Below are positions 39,164 to 48,475 of a DNA stretch of 64,000 bases, piece by piece. Where the stretch lies: the NCBI GenBank assembly GCA_018714565.1, contig DVNH01000006.1, positions 1,277-65,276 of the forward strand, in the 5' to 3' direction. The stretch comes from Candidatus Merdicola faecigallinarum. Its GTDB lineage: Bacteria > Bacillota > Clostridia > TANB77 > CAG-508. The position numbers were made by a program, and so were the translations under genes. How positions within the stretch are numbered: position 1 is the first letter of the stretch; every line of letters starts with the position of its first letter. A model generated the notes under the pieces. That model was given only the letters and a program-made list of their open reading frames with translations, searched no databases and was not told the origin of the DNA.

Positions 39164-41749
39164 TTGAAAGGAACAAAAAATAAAATAAGCTTCATACCAA
39201 TGATAATTATATTAATGTTATTTGTTCAAATGATAATACCAATTACGATATATGCTTCTCCAGAAACGATGGTAAAAACTACGGGTACAATGAATATATC
39301 CTTAAGAAGAAATACAAATAATCAAAATCAGGTCGATGTAGTAGCAATGGATACAACTTATGAAATTGAAGAACTTAAATACGTGAAAAAAGAAACAGGA
39401 GCAGTAGATGTTTCCTATTTTGAAGAGGCACATTCTGATATTATAGACTTTAAAATTAAACCAGCTTCCAAAATAGAAACTTCTTTTGAATTATCAGGTT
39501 ACGGAACTTATACGGTATATGCAAAAAATAGTAAAGGTGATCGTTTCTTAAGTTCGATTACGATTGCAAATCCAGAGGATGCACCGGATATCATTGTAAA
39601 GAAAAAAGAAGATCAAAAATTAACAATTCAAGTTCAAGTAAAAAGCAATAAATATCAAATTGAAGAAATAAAAATAGCAAGAAAAGAAAATGTGCAAGAC
39701 ACAATTGACTTTTCAAAAGAAGGAGAAGAAATCGAATTTGTGAAAAGCAAAAATGTAAGCTTTTCTTATACAGCAACACAAGCTGGAATTTATGTGATTT
39801 ATGCAAAAGATTCACAGAAAAATGCTATGAAATTAACAACCTATATTTATGATGAATTTCCAATCCAAGCAGAAGTGTCAGATGCAGAAGAGGGGAGTAG
39901 AAAAGTAACAATAGAAGCAACAGATTCAATTTGTGATATTGTGAAAATAAAAGTAGCACTAAAATCAGAAATTAATGATATAAATGATTTTCAAACAAAA
40001 GGAACAGAACTTGATATTAAAAAAGGAAAAAATGTCGAATTATCATATTCTGCACCAAAAGATGGAACTTATAAATTTTACATTGAAGACGAAGCAGGAT
40101 TTAAAAAAATGGTAGAAAAAAGGATTGCCAAAGATGCTTATGTAACAATTAATGTAGAGCAAGTAAAAGACAATCCAAAAAAGGTAACAATAACAGCAGA
40201 AAATAAATTAGCAGATATTGTGCTTATGAAAGTAAAAATCGGGGATAACTTAACAATTGAAGATGTAAAACAAACAGGAACAGAAATAAAAATTACCAAA
40301 GGAAAGAAAGTAACAGCATCTTACGAAGTAGAACAAAATTGTACTTTAAATGTATATATAAAAGATGAAGAAGATTATGGCGCAATGGTTCGAAAAACAA
40401 TTACTGGAATTAATAATCCAGAAGATACAACAAAGCCTACAATAACAGGGGTTCAAAATAATGGCATTTATGCAAATGATGTAACACCAGTAGTAAAAGA
40501 TGAACATTTAAAAGAAGTGATTGTAAAAAAAGATCAAAAGCAAATTTCTTATCAAAATGGAGCAAAGCTTTCAGAAGAAGGAAAATATGAAATTACAGCC
40601 ATAGATGAAGCAGGAAATAAAACAGTAGTATCTTTTATTATCGATAAAACAGCGCCAAGCATTACAGAAACAATTTCAGAACCAGTAAATGGAGTCGTTA
40701 CTGTAAAAGTGCTTTCGCAAGATAATTTAACTCAGATAGAAACAATCAAAGCAGCAACAGGAAAATATGATGTAGATTACTTCCAAAATAATGGTCATGC
40801 ACTTGCAATTTCAAAAATAGGAAAAACAGCAGAAGGAGAATTTAAAATTATTGCAAATGGAACATATACCATATATGCTGAAGATATGGCCGGGAATAAG
40901 AAAGTAAAAACAATTGAAATTACAACAATTGAGCAAGAGCATGATACAGAAAAACCACAAATTACTTATACAAAAAAATTAGAAGAGGATAAAGTAAATG
41001 TTGAAATCAGTGTTGTAGATAATCAATCTGAAATTAAAACAATAAAAGCAGCTGGAGGAAAACAGGACTTAGAGTATTTTGAATCCCAAGGTCAAGCATT
41101 AGAAATAAAGAAAGAAGGAGTAAAGGCAAGTGCTTCTTTCTATGCAAAAACAAATGGAATCTATACTATTTACGCAGAAGATATGGCTGGAAATAAAGAA
41201 ATGATAGAAGTAGAAGTTACAGAAATAGGACAGGGAGAACAAGAAGATAAAGAAAAACCAGAAATTATAGGAGTAGAAGATGGAAAAATATATGAAGATT
41301 CTGTAACACCACTTGTGAAAGATGAACATTTGACAGAAGTAATTTTGAAAAAAGATAATCAAATTGTAGAGAATTATCAAAATGGAGATACCATATCAGA
41401 AGAAGGAAGTTATGAATTAACGGCAAGAGATGAATCTGGAAATGAAACAACGGTAAAATTTACAATTAAAAAAGAAGAAAAACCAGGCGACGGAAATCAG
41501 GATCCTGATGATGGCGAAAATAATGATGGTAATAATACAGATGGCAATGGAACAAATAATAATGGAAATAATAATTCATCTGATAATGGAAACCAAAGTA
41601 CAATTTTAGGAAATGGAAATAAGGATACAAGTACAACAAATCAAATAATACCAAAAGCTGGAAGAACTGGCGTAATTTTAATTGTAGCTATTCTAGGATT
41701 AAGTGTATTTGCAATCATTTCTTATATTCGTTATCGAAAAATTAAATAA
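39164..41749 (+). CDS. Large cell-surface protein with tandem beta-rich repeat domains and an IPKAG-type sorting signal
   Basis: 861 aa with a signal peptide. It has six ~95-aa repeats of one type (…YT(I/V)YA(K/E)D…) and two of a second type (KP.I.GV..G.IY...VTP.VKDEHL.EV...KD). An N/G-rich linker follows, and the C-terminus reads IPKAGRTGVILIVAILGLSVFAIISYIRYRKIK. Confidence 0.85.
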   Translation: MKGTKNKISFIPMIIILMLFVQMIIPITIYASPETMVKTTGTMNISLRRNTNNQNQVDVVAMDTTYEIEELKYVKKETGAVDVSYFEEAHSDIIDFKIKPASKIETSFELSGYGTYTVYAKNSKGDRFLSSITIANPEDAPDIIVKKKEDQKLTIQVQVKSNKYQIEEIKIARKENVQDTIDFSKEGEEIEFVKSKNVSFSYTATQAGIYVIYAKDSQKNAMKLTTYIYDEFPIQAEVSDAEEGSRKVTIEATDSICDIVKIKVALKSEINDINDFQTKGTELDIKKGKNVELSYSAPKDGTYKFYIEDEAGFKKMVEKRIAKDAYVTINVEQVKDNPKKVTITAENKLADIVLMKVKIGDNLTIEDVKQTGTEIKITKGKKVTASYEVEQNCTLNVYIKDEEDYGAMVRKTITGINNPEDTTKPTITGVQNNGIYANDVTPVVKDEHLKEVIVKKDQKQISYQNGAKLSEEGKYEITAIDEAGNKTVVSFIIDKTAPSITETISEPVNGVVTVKVLSQDNLTQIETIKAATGKYDVDYFQNNGHALAISKIGKTAEGEFKIIANGTYTIYAEDMAGNKKVKTIEITTIEQEHDTEKPQITYTKKLEEDKVNVEISVVDNQSEIKTIKAAGGKQDLEYFESQGQALEIKKEGVKASASFYAKTNGIYTIYAEDMAGNKEMIEVEVTEIGQGEQEDKEKPEIIGVEDGKIYEDSVTPLVKDEHLTEVILKKDNQIVENYQNGDTISEEGSYELTARDESGNETTVKFTIKKEEKPGDGNQDPDDGENNDGNNTDGNGTNNNGNNNSSDNGNQSTILGNGNKDTSTTNQIIPKAGRTGVILIVAILGLSVFAIISYIRYRKIK

Positions 41750-41918
41750 AGCGATAAAGTGAGAAAAATAAAAGAAAAATGGACCTAGCTTATAAAAAAT
41801 TAAGATGGGTTCATTTTTTTGATAGAAGTAAGTTCTACTTTATTCTTAAAAAATAAAAATCTAGTGGAAGAGAAGGAAAAAATAGGATATAATAAAAACG
41901 AAAAATAGAAAGGAGAGT

Positions 41919-42872
41919 ATGAGAAAATCATACAAAAAATTTATGGTAAAAGAATTGGAATTTATTTCATCTACAAAACAAACGATAAAGGGAAGAGAAT
42001 GGAAAGATGAAAGTAGAAAAGAATATAAGGGAATTGTACAAATTGTTCATGGAATGCAAGAACATATAGGACGTTATGAAGATTTTGCAACCTTTCTTGC
42101 AAAACAAGGATATATTGTCGTTGCGCATGATCAATTAGGGCATGGAAAAACAGCAAAACAAAAGAATGAATATGGATTTTTTGCACCAAAAAACGGGTGG
42201 CAATATTTGGTAGACGATGTGCATTTGCTATATAAACAGGAAAAAGAAAAATATCCAGAAATTCCATATTTCATTTTTGGACATAGTATGGGATCTCTAA
42301 TTGTGAGAACTTATTTAATTCGATATCAGGATAAATTAGAAGGAGCAATTTTATCTGGGACAAGTGGACAGAAAAGTCTTTTAAGAACAGGGATTCTTTT
42401 AACAAAATTGTTAAAAGTGTTTAAAGGTCAAAAATATAAAAGTGAATTAATGGAATATTTAGTTACAGGATCATTTAATCGAAAATTTAAACCAAATGAA
42501 ACTAACGTTGATTGGATTTCTAGAGATAAAGATACAATTCAATTTTATTTGAAAGATGAAGATAATGGAAAGAAGTTTACCTTACAAGCGTATGAAGATT
42601 TGTTAAAAGGAACTCTATTTTTAAGTAAACAAAAAAATATCAATAAGACACAAGATATTCCAATTGTATTATTTTCTGGAGATAAAGATCCAGTAGGAGA
42701 AAATGCAAAAGGAGTTATACGAGTTTATCATATGTTAGAAAAAGCAAATCTACAGGATGTAACAATAAGATTGTTCAAAGATGGAAGACATGAGATGTTA
42801 CATGAAATTAATAAAGAAGAAGTATATCGATTTATTTTAAATTGGATCGAAAAAAGAATCAAAGTGTTATAA
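41919..42872 (+). CDS. Alpha/beta hydrolase (lysophospholipase / monoacylglycerol lipase-like)
   Basis: 317 aa with the nucleophile elbow GHSMGS and an HG..EH..RY N-terminal pattern. Confidence 0.75.
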   Translation: MRKSYKKFMVKELEFISSTKQTIKGREWKDESRKEYKGIVQIVHGMQEHIGRYEDFATFLAKQGYIVVAHDQLGHGKTAKQKNEYGFFAPKNGWQYLVDDVHLLYKQEKEKYPEIPYFIFGHSMGSLIVRTYLIRYQDKLEGAILSGTSGQKSLLRTGILLTKLLKVFKGQKYKSELMEYLVTGSFNRKFKPNETNVDWISRDKDTIQFYLKDEDNGKKFTLQAYEDLLKGTLFLSKQKNINKTQDIPIVLFSGDKDPVGENAKGVIRVYHMLEKANLQDVTIRLFKDGRHEMLHEINKEEVYRFILNWIEKRIKVL

Positions 42873-42907
42873 TATTTTAAAAATTTAGTAAAAATAGGAG
42901 GAAAGAA

Positions 42908-43258
42908 ATGAAAGTATTATTAATCGGTTATCCAAAATGTTCTACTTGTAAAAATGCAAGTAAATTTTTAGAAGAGAAGAAGATAGAATATGAGTATCGA
43001 AACATTGTAGAGGAATGCCCAAAAAAGGAAGAGTTAAAAATATGGATAAAACAAAGTGGATATCCAATTAGAAAGTTTTTTAATACAAGTGGGAACGTAT
43101 ATAAAAGTTTAAATTTAAAAGAGAAGATGGAACATTTATCGGATGAGGAAAAACTAGATTTACTTTCTTCAAATGGAATGCTAATAAAAAGACCAATTTT
43201 AATTAATGGAGATCAAGTTTTAGTAGGTTTTAAAAAGGAAGAATGGGAGAAAATTTAA
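42908..43258 (+). CDS. ArsC/Spx family protein (YffB-like, CxxC)
   Basis: 116 aa with N-terminal YPKCSTCKNA, and KRPIL..G..VLVGF at the C-terminus. Confidence 0.75.
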   Translation: MKVLLIGYPKCSTCKNASKFLEEKKIEYEYRNIVEECPKKEELKIWIKQSGYPIRKFFNTSGNVYKSLNLKEKMEHLSDEEKLDLLSSNGMLIKRPILINGDQVLVGFKKEEWEKI

Positions 43259-43259
43259 T

Positions 43260-44012
43260 ATGAAAGCATTGATTACGGGAGCTTCCTCCGGAATTGGAAG
43301 AGATATAGCAAAAGTACTTAGTAAAAAAGGATATGAATTAATTCTAGTTGCACGAGATAAAGAAAAACTGGAAAAGGTAGAATCAGAAATTGAGACAAAG
43401 GTTAGAAGCATTCTTCTAGACTTAAGTGTAGAAGAAAATTGTAAAAAACTATATGAAGAAGTAAAAGAAGAAAATATTGATTTATTAATTAATAATGCGG
43501 GATTTGGAGTGTATGGAAAATTTACGGATACAGAGTTAGAGAAAGAAGTAAATATGATTCACACCAATATAATTGCAGTGCATATTTTATTAAAATTATT
43601 TTTGAAAGACATGAAAAAAAGAAATCATGGACAAATTTTAAATGTAGCATCGTCAGCTGGTTTTATGCCAGGTCCACTAATGAGTGCATATTATGCATCA
43701 AAAGCCTATATTATAAGGATATCAGAAGGAATAAGAGAAGAATTAAAAAAAGAACACTCAAAAGTAAGTTTAAGTGTTTTGTGTCCAGGTCCTGTTAGAA
43801 CTAATTTTAATAAAGTTGCAGGAGTTAATTTTGGATTGCATTCTTTAAGTAGTAATTATGTAGCAAATTATACCGTAAGAAAATTAGAAAAAAGAAAATT
43901 TATGATTATTCCAGGATTATTGATGAAAATAATTCATGTAGGTACTAAGATTTTTCCTAACAATATTATAAGTAAATTATCTTATAAAATTAATTATACA
44001 AAGAAAAGCTAG
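43260..44012 (+). CDS. Short-chain dehydrogenase/reductase (SDR) family oxidoreductase
   Basis: 250 aa with TGASSGIG, NNAG and YxxxK (YYASKAY). Confidence 0.85.
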   Translation: MKALITGASSGIGRDIAKVLSKKGYELILVARDKEKLEKVESEIETKVRSILLDLSVEENCKKLYEEVKEENIDLLINNAGFGVYGKFTDTELEKEVNMIHTNIIAVHILLKLFLKDMKKRNHGQILNVASSAGFMPGPLMSAYYASKAYIIRISEGIREELKKEHSKVSLSVLCPGPVRTNFNKVAGVNFGLHSLSSNYVANYTVRKLEKRKFMIIPGLLMKIIHVGTKIFPNNIISKLSYKINYTKKS

Positions 44013-44027
44013 AGGATTAATATAAAA

Positions 44028-44567
44028 ATGGAAAAAGTAGAGGAAAAAATAGAATATCAAATTATAAGAAAACAAATCAAAAATTTATATATTAGAATAA
44101 AGGATGGCAGAGTAATGATAAGTGCACCTAGATCTTGCAAAGAATCAGAGATTCTACAACTGTTAGAGAAAAAGAAAAGATGGATTCAAAAAGCAATAGA
44201 AGAATCAAAAGTAAGAAAAAAAATAGAAGAAAGAAAATATACGAAAGAAGAAATACAAAGGTTTCAAATTAAATTAAATGAGTTATTAGAGAGGTATATA
44301 AAAAAGATGAATTTATATCCACAAAAAGTGAGGATACGAAATATTAAATATGCATGGGGAAGTTGTTCCTCTAAGAAAAATATAACATTTAATGCAAAAT
44401 TAATTGACAAAGATGAAAGATTTGTGGAATATGTAGTTGTACATGAACTTTGCCATCTAAAGTATATGAATCATTCTAAATATTTTTGGAAACTTGTTTC
44501 AGAATATATACCAAATTATAAAGAATATCGAACATTAGGAAAAGAAAATAGAAATCCCTCCGATTAA
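44028..44567 (+). CDS. YgjP-like (DUF45) zinc metallopeptidase
   Basis: 179 aa with the HELCHL zinc motif near the C-terminus and WGSCS upstream of it. Confidence 0.7.
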   Translation: MEKVEEKIEYQIIRKQIKNLYIRIKDGRVMISAPRSCKESEILQLLEKKKRWIQKAIEESKVRKKIEERKYTKEEIQRFQIKLNELLERYIKKMNLYPQKVRIRNIKYAWGSCSSKKNITFNAKLIDKDERFVEYVVVHELCHLKYMNHSKYFWKLVSEYIPNYKEYRTLGKENRNPSD

Positions 44568-44608
44568 TTTTAGATTAAATAGGAGGGATTTAGTATTAAA
44601 TTATTAAG

Positions 44609-45844
44609 TTAAAATTTAATTATTTCAGAATAAGTTTGAATTGCATAAGAATCTGTCATGCCGGAAATATAAGTAATAATTGCTTTATAGTAATCTTCTT
44701 TTTTATCCATATGATATAATATTCTATTTTTTAAATGTTCTCTTGTTTCATTTAAATCCCAATAATTTGAAATCCAATCAGAAAATTCCAAAATTAAATT
44801 TGGGTAATATTTTTCTAATTTTTTTAACTCTTTTGGTGTTTCTTTTCCCGCATATGCATTTTTTAGTAATTGGTAGATATTAGATAATATCAAAGAGAAA
44901 TATTCGATGGATGGAGATAATTTTGGATTTCTATAAATATTTTTGTAATTAAAATCTTTTAAATTCTGAATCGTTTGGAATGTTTTTTCAGAGAAACTTA
45001 AACCATTTTCCAAATTAGAGTTTACACATACGTCATAAATTAAATCACTAATAATGTTTGCATTATTTATTTTTTTCGATTTTGGATATTCAAGTAAATC
45101 ATATAGTTCATTTAGATTTTGATCTAGAATTCCAGTAGAAATAGCATCTTTAATATCTCTACCTAAATAAGCGATTTTATCTGAGATTTTTACAACACAT
45201 CCTTCCCAGGTATAAGGTGCATATTGATTAGGTGTTTGATAATCAGAAGTAAGATCAATAAAATTACTTCTAGGTTTTAAACCATTTTCATCAATTTCAC
45301 CACAGTGAGAAATAATACCGTCACGTACTGCATAAGTAAGATTTAAATTTTGCTTACAATTTTCAGTGTCTTCTAATAATTCTACATCATCTACGATGGT
45401 AAGCCCATTTCGCTCATGCCAAAAGGATTCACCGAAATCTTCTTTAGCAAATTGATTTAAGATTTTTTCACCTTGATGACCAAAGGGGCTATGACCAATA
45501 TCATGTGCAATGGAAATAGCTCTTGTTAAATTAGTATTTAAACCAAGAGCTTTTGCAATTGTGTAACTTGTAGCTTCTACATTATATACATGTTCAAGTC
45601 TAGTACAAATATGGTCATTTTTTGGAGAAAAGAATACTTGCGTTTTATGTTTTAAACGTCGAAAAGCATTACAATAAATGATACGATTATAATCCCTTTC
45701 GAAATCAGAACGAATATCATGAGGTCTTTTGTAGATTGGATGAATTCTAGAAAGCATATTTTGCCAGTATGGGTGTGTTTCATTTGCACTTACTTGATTA
45801 AATAATTCTTTCATATAATTTATATTTCTTGTATAAAAATACAA
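44609..45844 (-). CDS. dGTP triphosphohydrolase-like HD-domain protein
   Basis: It has FERDYNRIIYCNAFRRLKHKTQVF and AHDIGHSPFGHQGE motifs. The start is uncertain: either the TTG at 45844, which abuts the SD, or the ATG at 45814. Confidence 0.85.
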   Translation of the reverse strand: MYFYTRNINYMKELFNQVSANETHPYWQNMLSRIHPIYKRPHDIRSDFERDYNRIIYCNAFRRLKHKTQVFFSPKNDHICTRLEHVYNVEATSYTIAKALGLNTNLTRAISIAHDIGHSPFGHQGEKILNQFAKEDFGESFWHERNGLTIVDDVELLEDTENCKQNLNLTYAVRDGIISHCGEIDENGLKPRSNFIDLTSDYQTPNQYAPYTWEGCVVKISDKIAYLGRDIKDAISTGILDQNLNELYDLLEYPKSKKINNANIISDLIYDVCVNSNLENGLSFSEKTFQTIQNLKDFNYKNIYRNPKLSPSIEYFSLILSNIYQLLKNAYAGKETPKELKKLEKYYPNLILEFSDWISNYWDLNETREHLKNRILYHMDKKEDYYKAIITYISGMTDSYAIQTYSEIIKF

Positions 45845-46022
45845 GCTCCTTTCTTTTTTCTTTTATTGTAAATGGAAAAAAAGAAGAAAGCAAGAAAAAA
45901 ATAAAAAAACGTAAAAGGAAAAGAAAAACAAAGAAAAATTATAAAAGAAAGAAAAAATATTATAAAAAACTTAAAATAATTAAAATGTAAACTAAAATAA
46001 AACAAAATGAAAAGATAAAAAT

Positions 46023-46050
46023 TTGAAAAATTTTCCTAATATGGTATAAT
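46023..46050 (+). promoter_or_regulatory. Near-consensus sigma-A promoter with an extended -10
   Basis: TTGAAA (46023-46028), a 16-nt spacer, then TGgTATAAT (46042-46050). No coding start follows it for ~600 nt. Confidence 0.7.
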
Positions 46051-46056
46051 AACAAT

Positions 46057-46621
46057 GGTGGTGCATTATTCTAGTCATATTATCTACTATGAGGGTGGGG
46101 CTAAAAATCCACTAAAGGGCACATCGATGAAGTTTCTTGTTTATGCGCGAAATGCCAGTTTTGTGTGTATTCAGGGAGTAAAGAAATTAGGGGAATATAT
46201 AATGGCATATATAGGATCCCTCATTTCGCGGAGACTTAAAAGTAGGACTTTTAAGTATAACCTATGTTGAGTGCCAAGACACAAAATACATAGTGTAGCC
46301 TGTCTTGAGTGATTATATTGGGATTAATTTTTGTGAATTGATTATTTTGGCCAAAATATTTAATTCTTTTGGATTATGAAATTATGATTGCAAAAAAGAC
46401 TAATAGTAGGGTGTAATGTGAAAAGGAAAACTTCTAGAATGTTTGCTTAAACGATAAGCATGGAAGTTTAAGGATTAAGGTACGGATTTAAGTGGCGATC
46501 TGGTGTCTACAATTTTGTAGATGTTCTTTTTAAATGGAAACAGCCAAGCAGTAATGTAGGGTAGAGAATAGAGAAATTCAACCAGACCTAAACCGTAAAA
46601 TTTACTTAAACTTTTACCACC
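46057..46621 (+). ncRNA. Candidate large structured non-coding RNA (~565 nt; OLE-like by size and gene context, unverified)
   Basis: There is no SD-preceded ORF here. The region is GC-richer than its flanks. Hand-found helices: 46091-95/46218-22; 46146-53/46223-30; 46234-43/46247-56 (10 bp); 46275-81/46301-07; 46446-52/46466-72; 46506-11/46516-21. There is also a 16-nt palindrome at 46343-58 and a possible closing pair GGTGGT 46057-62 / ACCACC 46616-21. Confidence 0.5.
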
Positions 46622-46660
46622 TATAAAAATAAAAATGAAGAATATAATCAATAATAGAAT

Positions 46661-47263
46661 ATGAATAAAAGCTTAAGGAGAGAAATAAAATATATGGCAA
46701 AGGGAGAAAAAGAAAAGAAAAAAAGTAATGCAGATGTAAAATGGATTGTATCTGTTTTTATTTCTACTTTTTTACTATCCATTCTTTTTTCATTTATTTC
46801 AACAAATGCAATTTCAAATTTGGGATTAATACCAGCAATTTTAATATTAGTTTTAGTTATTTTAGTAGGAATTGGATTCGATATTGTAGGGGTTGCGGTT
46901 ACGGTAGCAAATGAGCACGAATTTCACGCAAAAGCAACAAAGAAAGTAAAAGGATCAAAAACTTCTATTCAGTTGATTCGTAACTCAGCGAAAGTTGCCA
47001 ATATTTGTGCTGATGTTATTGGAGATATTTGTGGAGTATTAAGTGGTGCAATTTCTGCATTAGTTACAATGAAAATCACAGAAACATTTGGACTAAATTT
47101 TGACTTACAATTTATTATAAGCGCGGTGGTTGCATCTTTAACCGTAAGTGGAAAGGCTTTAGGAAAAGGCGTTGCTCAAAAGAATTCAACTAAAATTGTT
47201 CATGTAGTAGGTGGAGTGCTAAACAAATTCGAACATAACAAAGAAGAAAAATCGAAAAAATAA
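46661..47263 (+). CDS. Small four-TM membrane protein with a basic loop (OapA-like by architecture and position; family not verified)
   Basis: 200 aa, or 189 aa if it starts at the ATG at 46694 after AAGGAG. It has four hydrophobic helices and an internally repeated G.DI.GV motif (GFDIVGVAV / IGDICGVLSGA). The central loop is Lys-rich (HAKATKKVKGSKTS). Confidence 0.7.
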   Translation: MNKSLRREIKYMAKGEKEKKKSNADVKWIVSVFISTFLLSILFSFISTNAISNLGLIPAILILVLVILVGIGFDIVGVAVTVANEHEFHAKATKKVKGSKTSIQLIRNSAKVANICADVIGDICGVLSGAISALVTMKITETFGLNFDLQFIISAVVASLTVSGKALGKGVAQKNSTKIVHVVGGVLNKFEHNKEEKSKK

Positions 47264-47381
47264 TAAAACGTGAGAAAAAGAAAGAAAAAGAAAGATAATA
47301 TCTTAAATTAAAAAAAACAAACCGAAAATGATTAAAAATGGAGCTTGCTTTTGAGTGTGAGCTCTTTATAATAGAATTATA

Positions 47382-47404
47382 GGTCAAAGAAAGTCAAAGT
47401 CAAA
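47382..47404 (+). promoter_or_regulatory. CtsR operator (direct heptad repeats) overlapping the ctsR promoter region
   Basis: GGTCAAAgaaAGTCAAAGTCAAA sits immediately downstream of TATAAT (47367-47372). It matches the known (A/G)GTCAAA-NAN-(A/G)GTCAAA CtsR box. Confidence 0.88.
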
Positions 47405-47431
47405 ACGTAAAAAAGAAAAGAGGCGAAGCTA

Positions 47432-47881
47432 ATGAGAATGTCAGATATTATAGAAGATTTTATCAAGGATTTATTAAAAGAAGAGGATGAGCTAGAAATA
47501 CAAAGAAATGAATTAGCAGAGCATTTTAACTGTGTTCCTTCTCAAATTAATTACGTAATTGCAACAAGATTTAAACCATCACAGGGATATTATGTAGAAA
47601 GTAAAAGAGGTGGAGGTGGTCACATTAAAATAAAAAAGATTAATGTAACCAAAAGTAATTTATTAATGCATACAATTACAAGTATAGGAAACAGTATTAC
47701 AGCAGGAGAAGTGGATATTTTTATTAGCAATTTTTTATCTTATGGCATAATAGACGAAACACAAGCGAAACTATTAAAAGTTGCAACAAGTGATAATGTA
47801 CTTACAATTCCACAAGAGATAAAAGATGAAGTCAGAGCAAATATTTTTAAAAATATGCTACTTAATTTAGTAGAGGATTAA
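47432..47881 (+). CDS. ctsR: Class III stress gene repressor CtsR
   Basis: 149 aa with SDIIE.FIK, the HTH region CVPSQINYVIATRF and the glycine loop KRGGGGHIKI. Confidence 0.95.
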   Translation: MRMSDIIEDFIKDLLKEEDELEIQRNELAEHFNCVPSQINYVIATRFKPSQGYYVESKRGGGGHIKIKKINVTKSNLLMHTITSIGNSITAGEVDIFISNFLSYGIIDETQAKLLKVATSDNVLTIPQEIKDEVRANIFKNMLLNLVED

Positions 47882-47899
47882 AATAAGGAGGTAATTATT

Positions 47900-48460
47900 A
47901 TGAAATGTCAAAATTGCGGAAAAAATGAAGCAAATGTAAGATATACACAAATTGTAAATGGAAATAAAATAGAAATGAACTTATGTGAGAATTGTGCGAG
48001 AGAATTAGGAATTGATCGTTCTTTGCATTTTGATATGGCAATGGATATTCCAAGTTTTTTTGGTAACTTTTTTCATGAATATGATGATTTTAATTTACTA
48101 CCAAGTTTTCAAACAAAAGTGCAAGAAAGCTGTGATCACTGCGGTATGACATATAACGATTTTGTAAACACAGGAAGACTAGGATGCATTCATTGTTATG
48201 ATATTTTTTCTGATCGATTAGATCCAATTTTAAAAAATATTCAAGGAAGTAATAGACATATAGGAAGAAAAGGAAAAGTATTAGATAGTAGTATCGTAGA
48301 AAATATGGAAAAACAAAAAGAAAAAGTAGAGAAGCAAAATAAAGAAGTAAATAAAATAGAAACATTAAAACGAGAATTAAAACAAGCAATTAAAGAAGAA
48401 AGATATGAAGATGCAGCTAAATTAAGAGATGAAATTAATGGATTAGAAAATAACAAATAA
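47900..48460 (+). CDS. mcsA: McsA (zinc-finger / UVR-domain activator of McsB)
   Basis: 186 aa with N-terminal CQNCG...CENC pairs, a second CDHCG...CIHC pair and a C-terminal UVR motif (ERYEDAAKLRDEI). Confidence 0.9.
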   Translation: MKCQNCGKNEANVRYTQIVNGNKIEMNLCENCARELGIDRSLHFDMAMDIPSFFGNFFHEYDDFNLLPSFQTKVQESCDHCGMTYNDFVNTGRLGCIHCYDIFSDRLDPILKNIQGSNRHIGRKGKVLDSSIVENMEKQKEKVEKQNKEVNKIETLKRELKQAIKEERYEDAAKLRDEINGLENNK

Positions 48461-48475
48461 AAGGAGGCAAAAAGA

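Noticed and set aside
38929-39195. Poly-Phe/Leu minus-strand ORFs (38929-39195 and 45820-46005)
   Set aside because: They are translation artefacts of A-rich intergenic tracts: low-complexity FFFLS-type sequence, with no SD.
44609-45844. The dGTPase-like HD protein as a possible anti-phage dNTP-depletion defence gene
   Set aside because: It is a single gene in a housekeeping neighbourhood with no other defence or mobile genes. The architecture is that of the common Firmicute dGTPase-like protein.
46055-46270. A 71-aa plus-strand ORF inside the candidate ncRNA region
   Set aside because: It has no SD, it starts essentially at the predicted transcription start, and its sequence has no protein-like features. 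The region is better explained by RNA helices.
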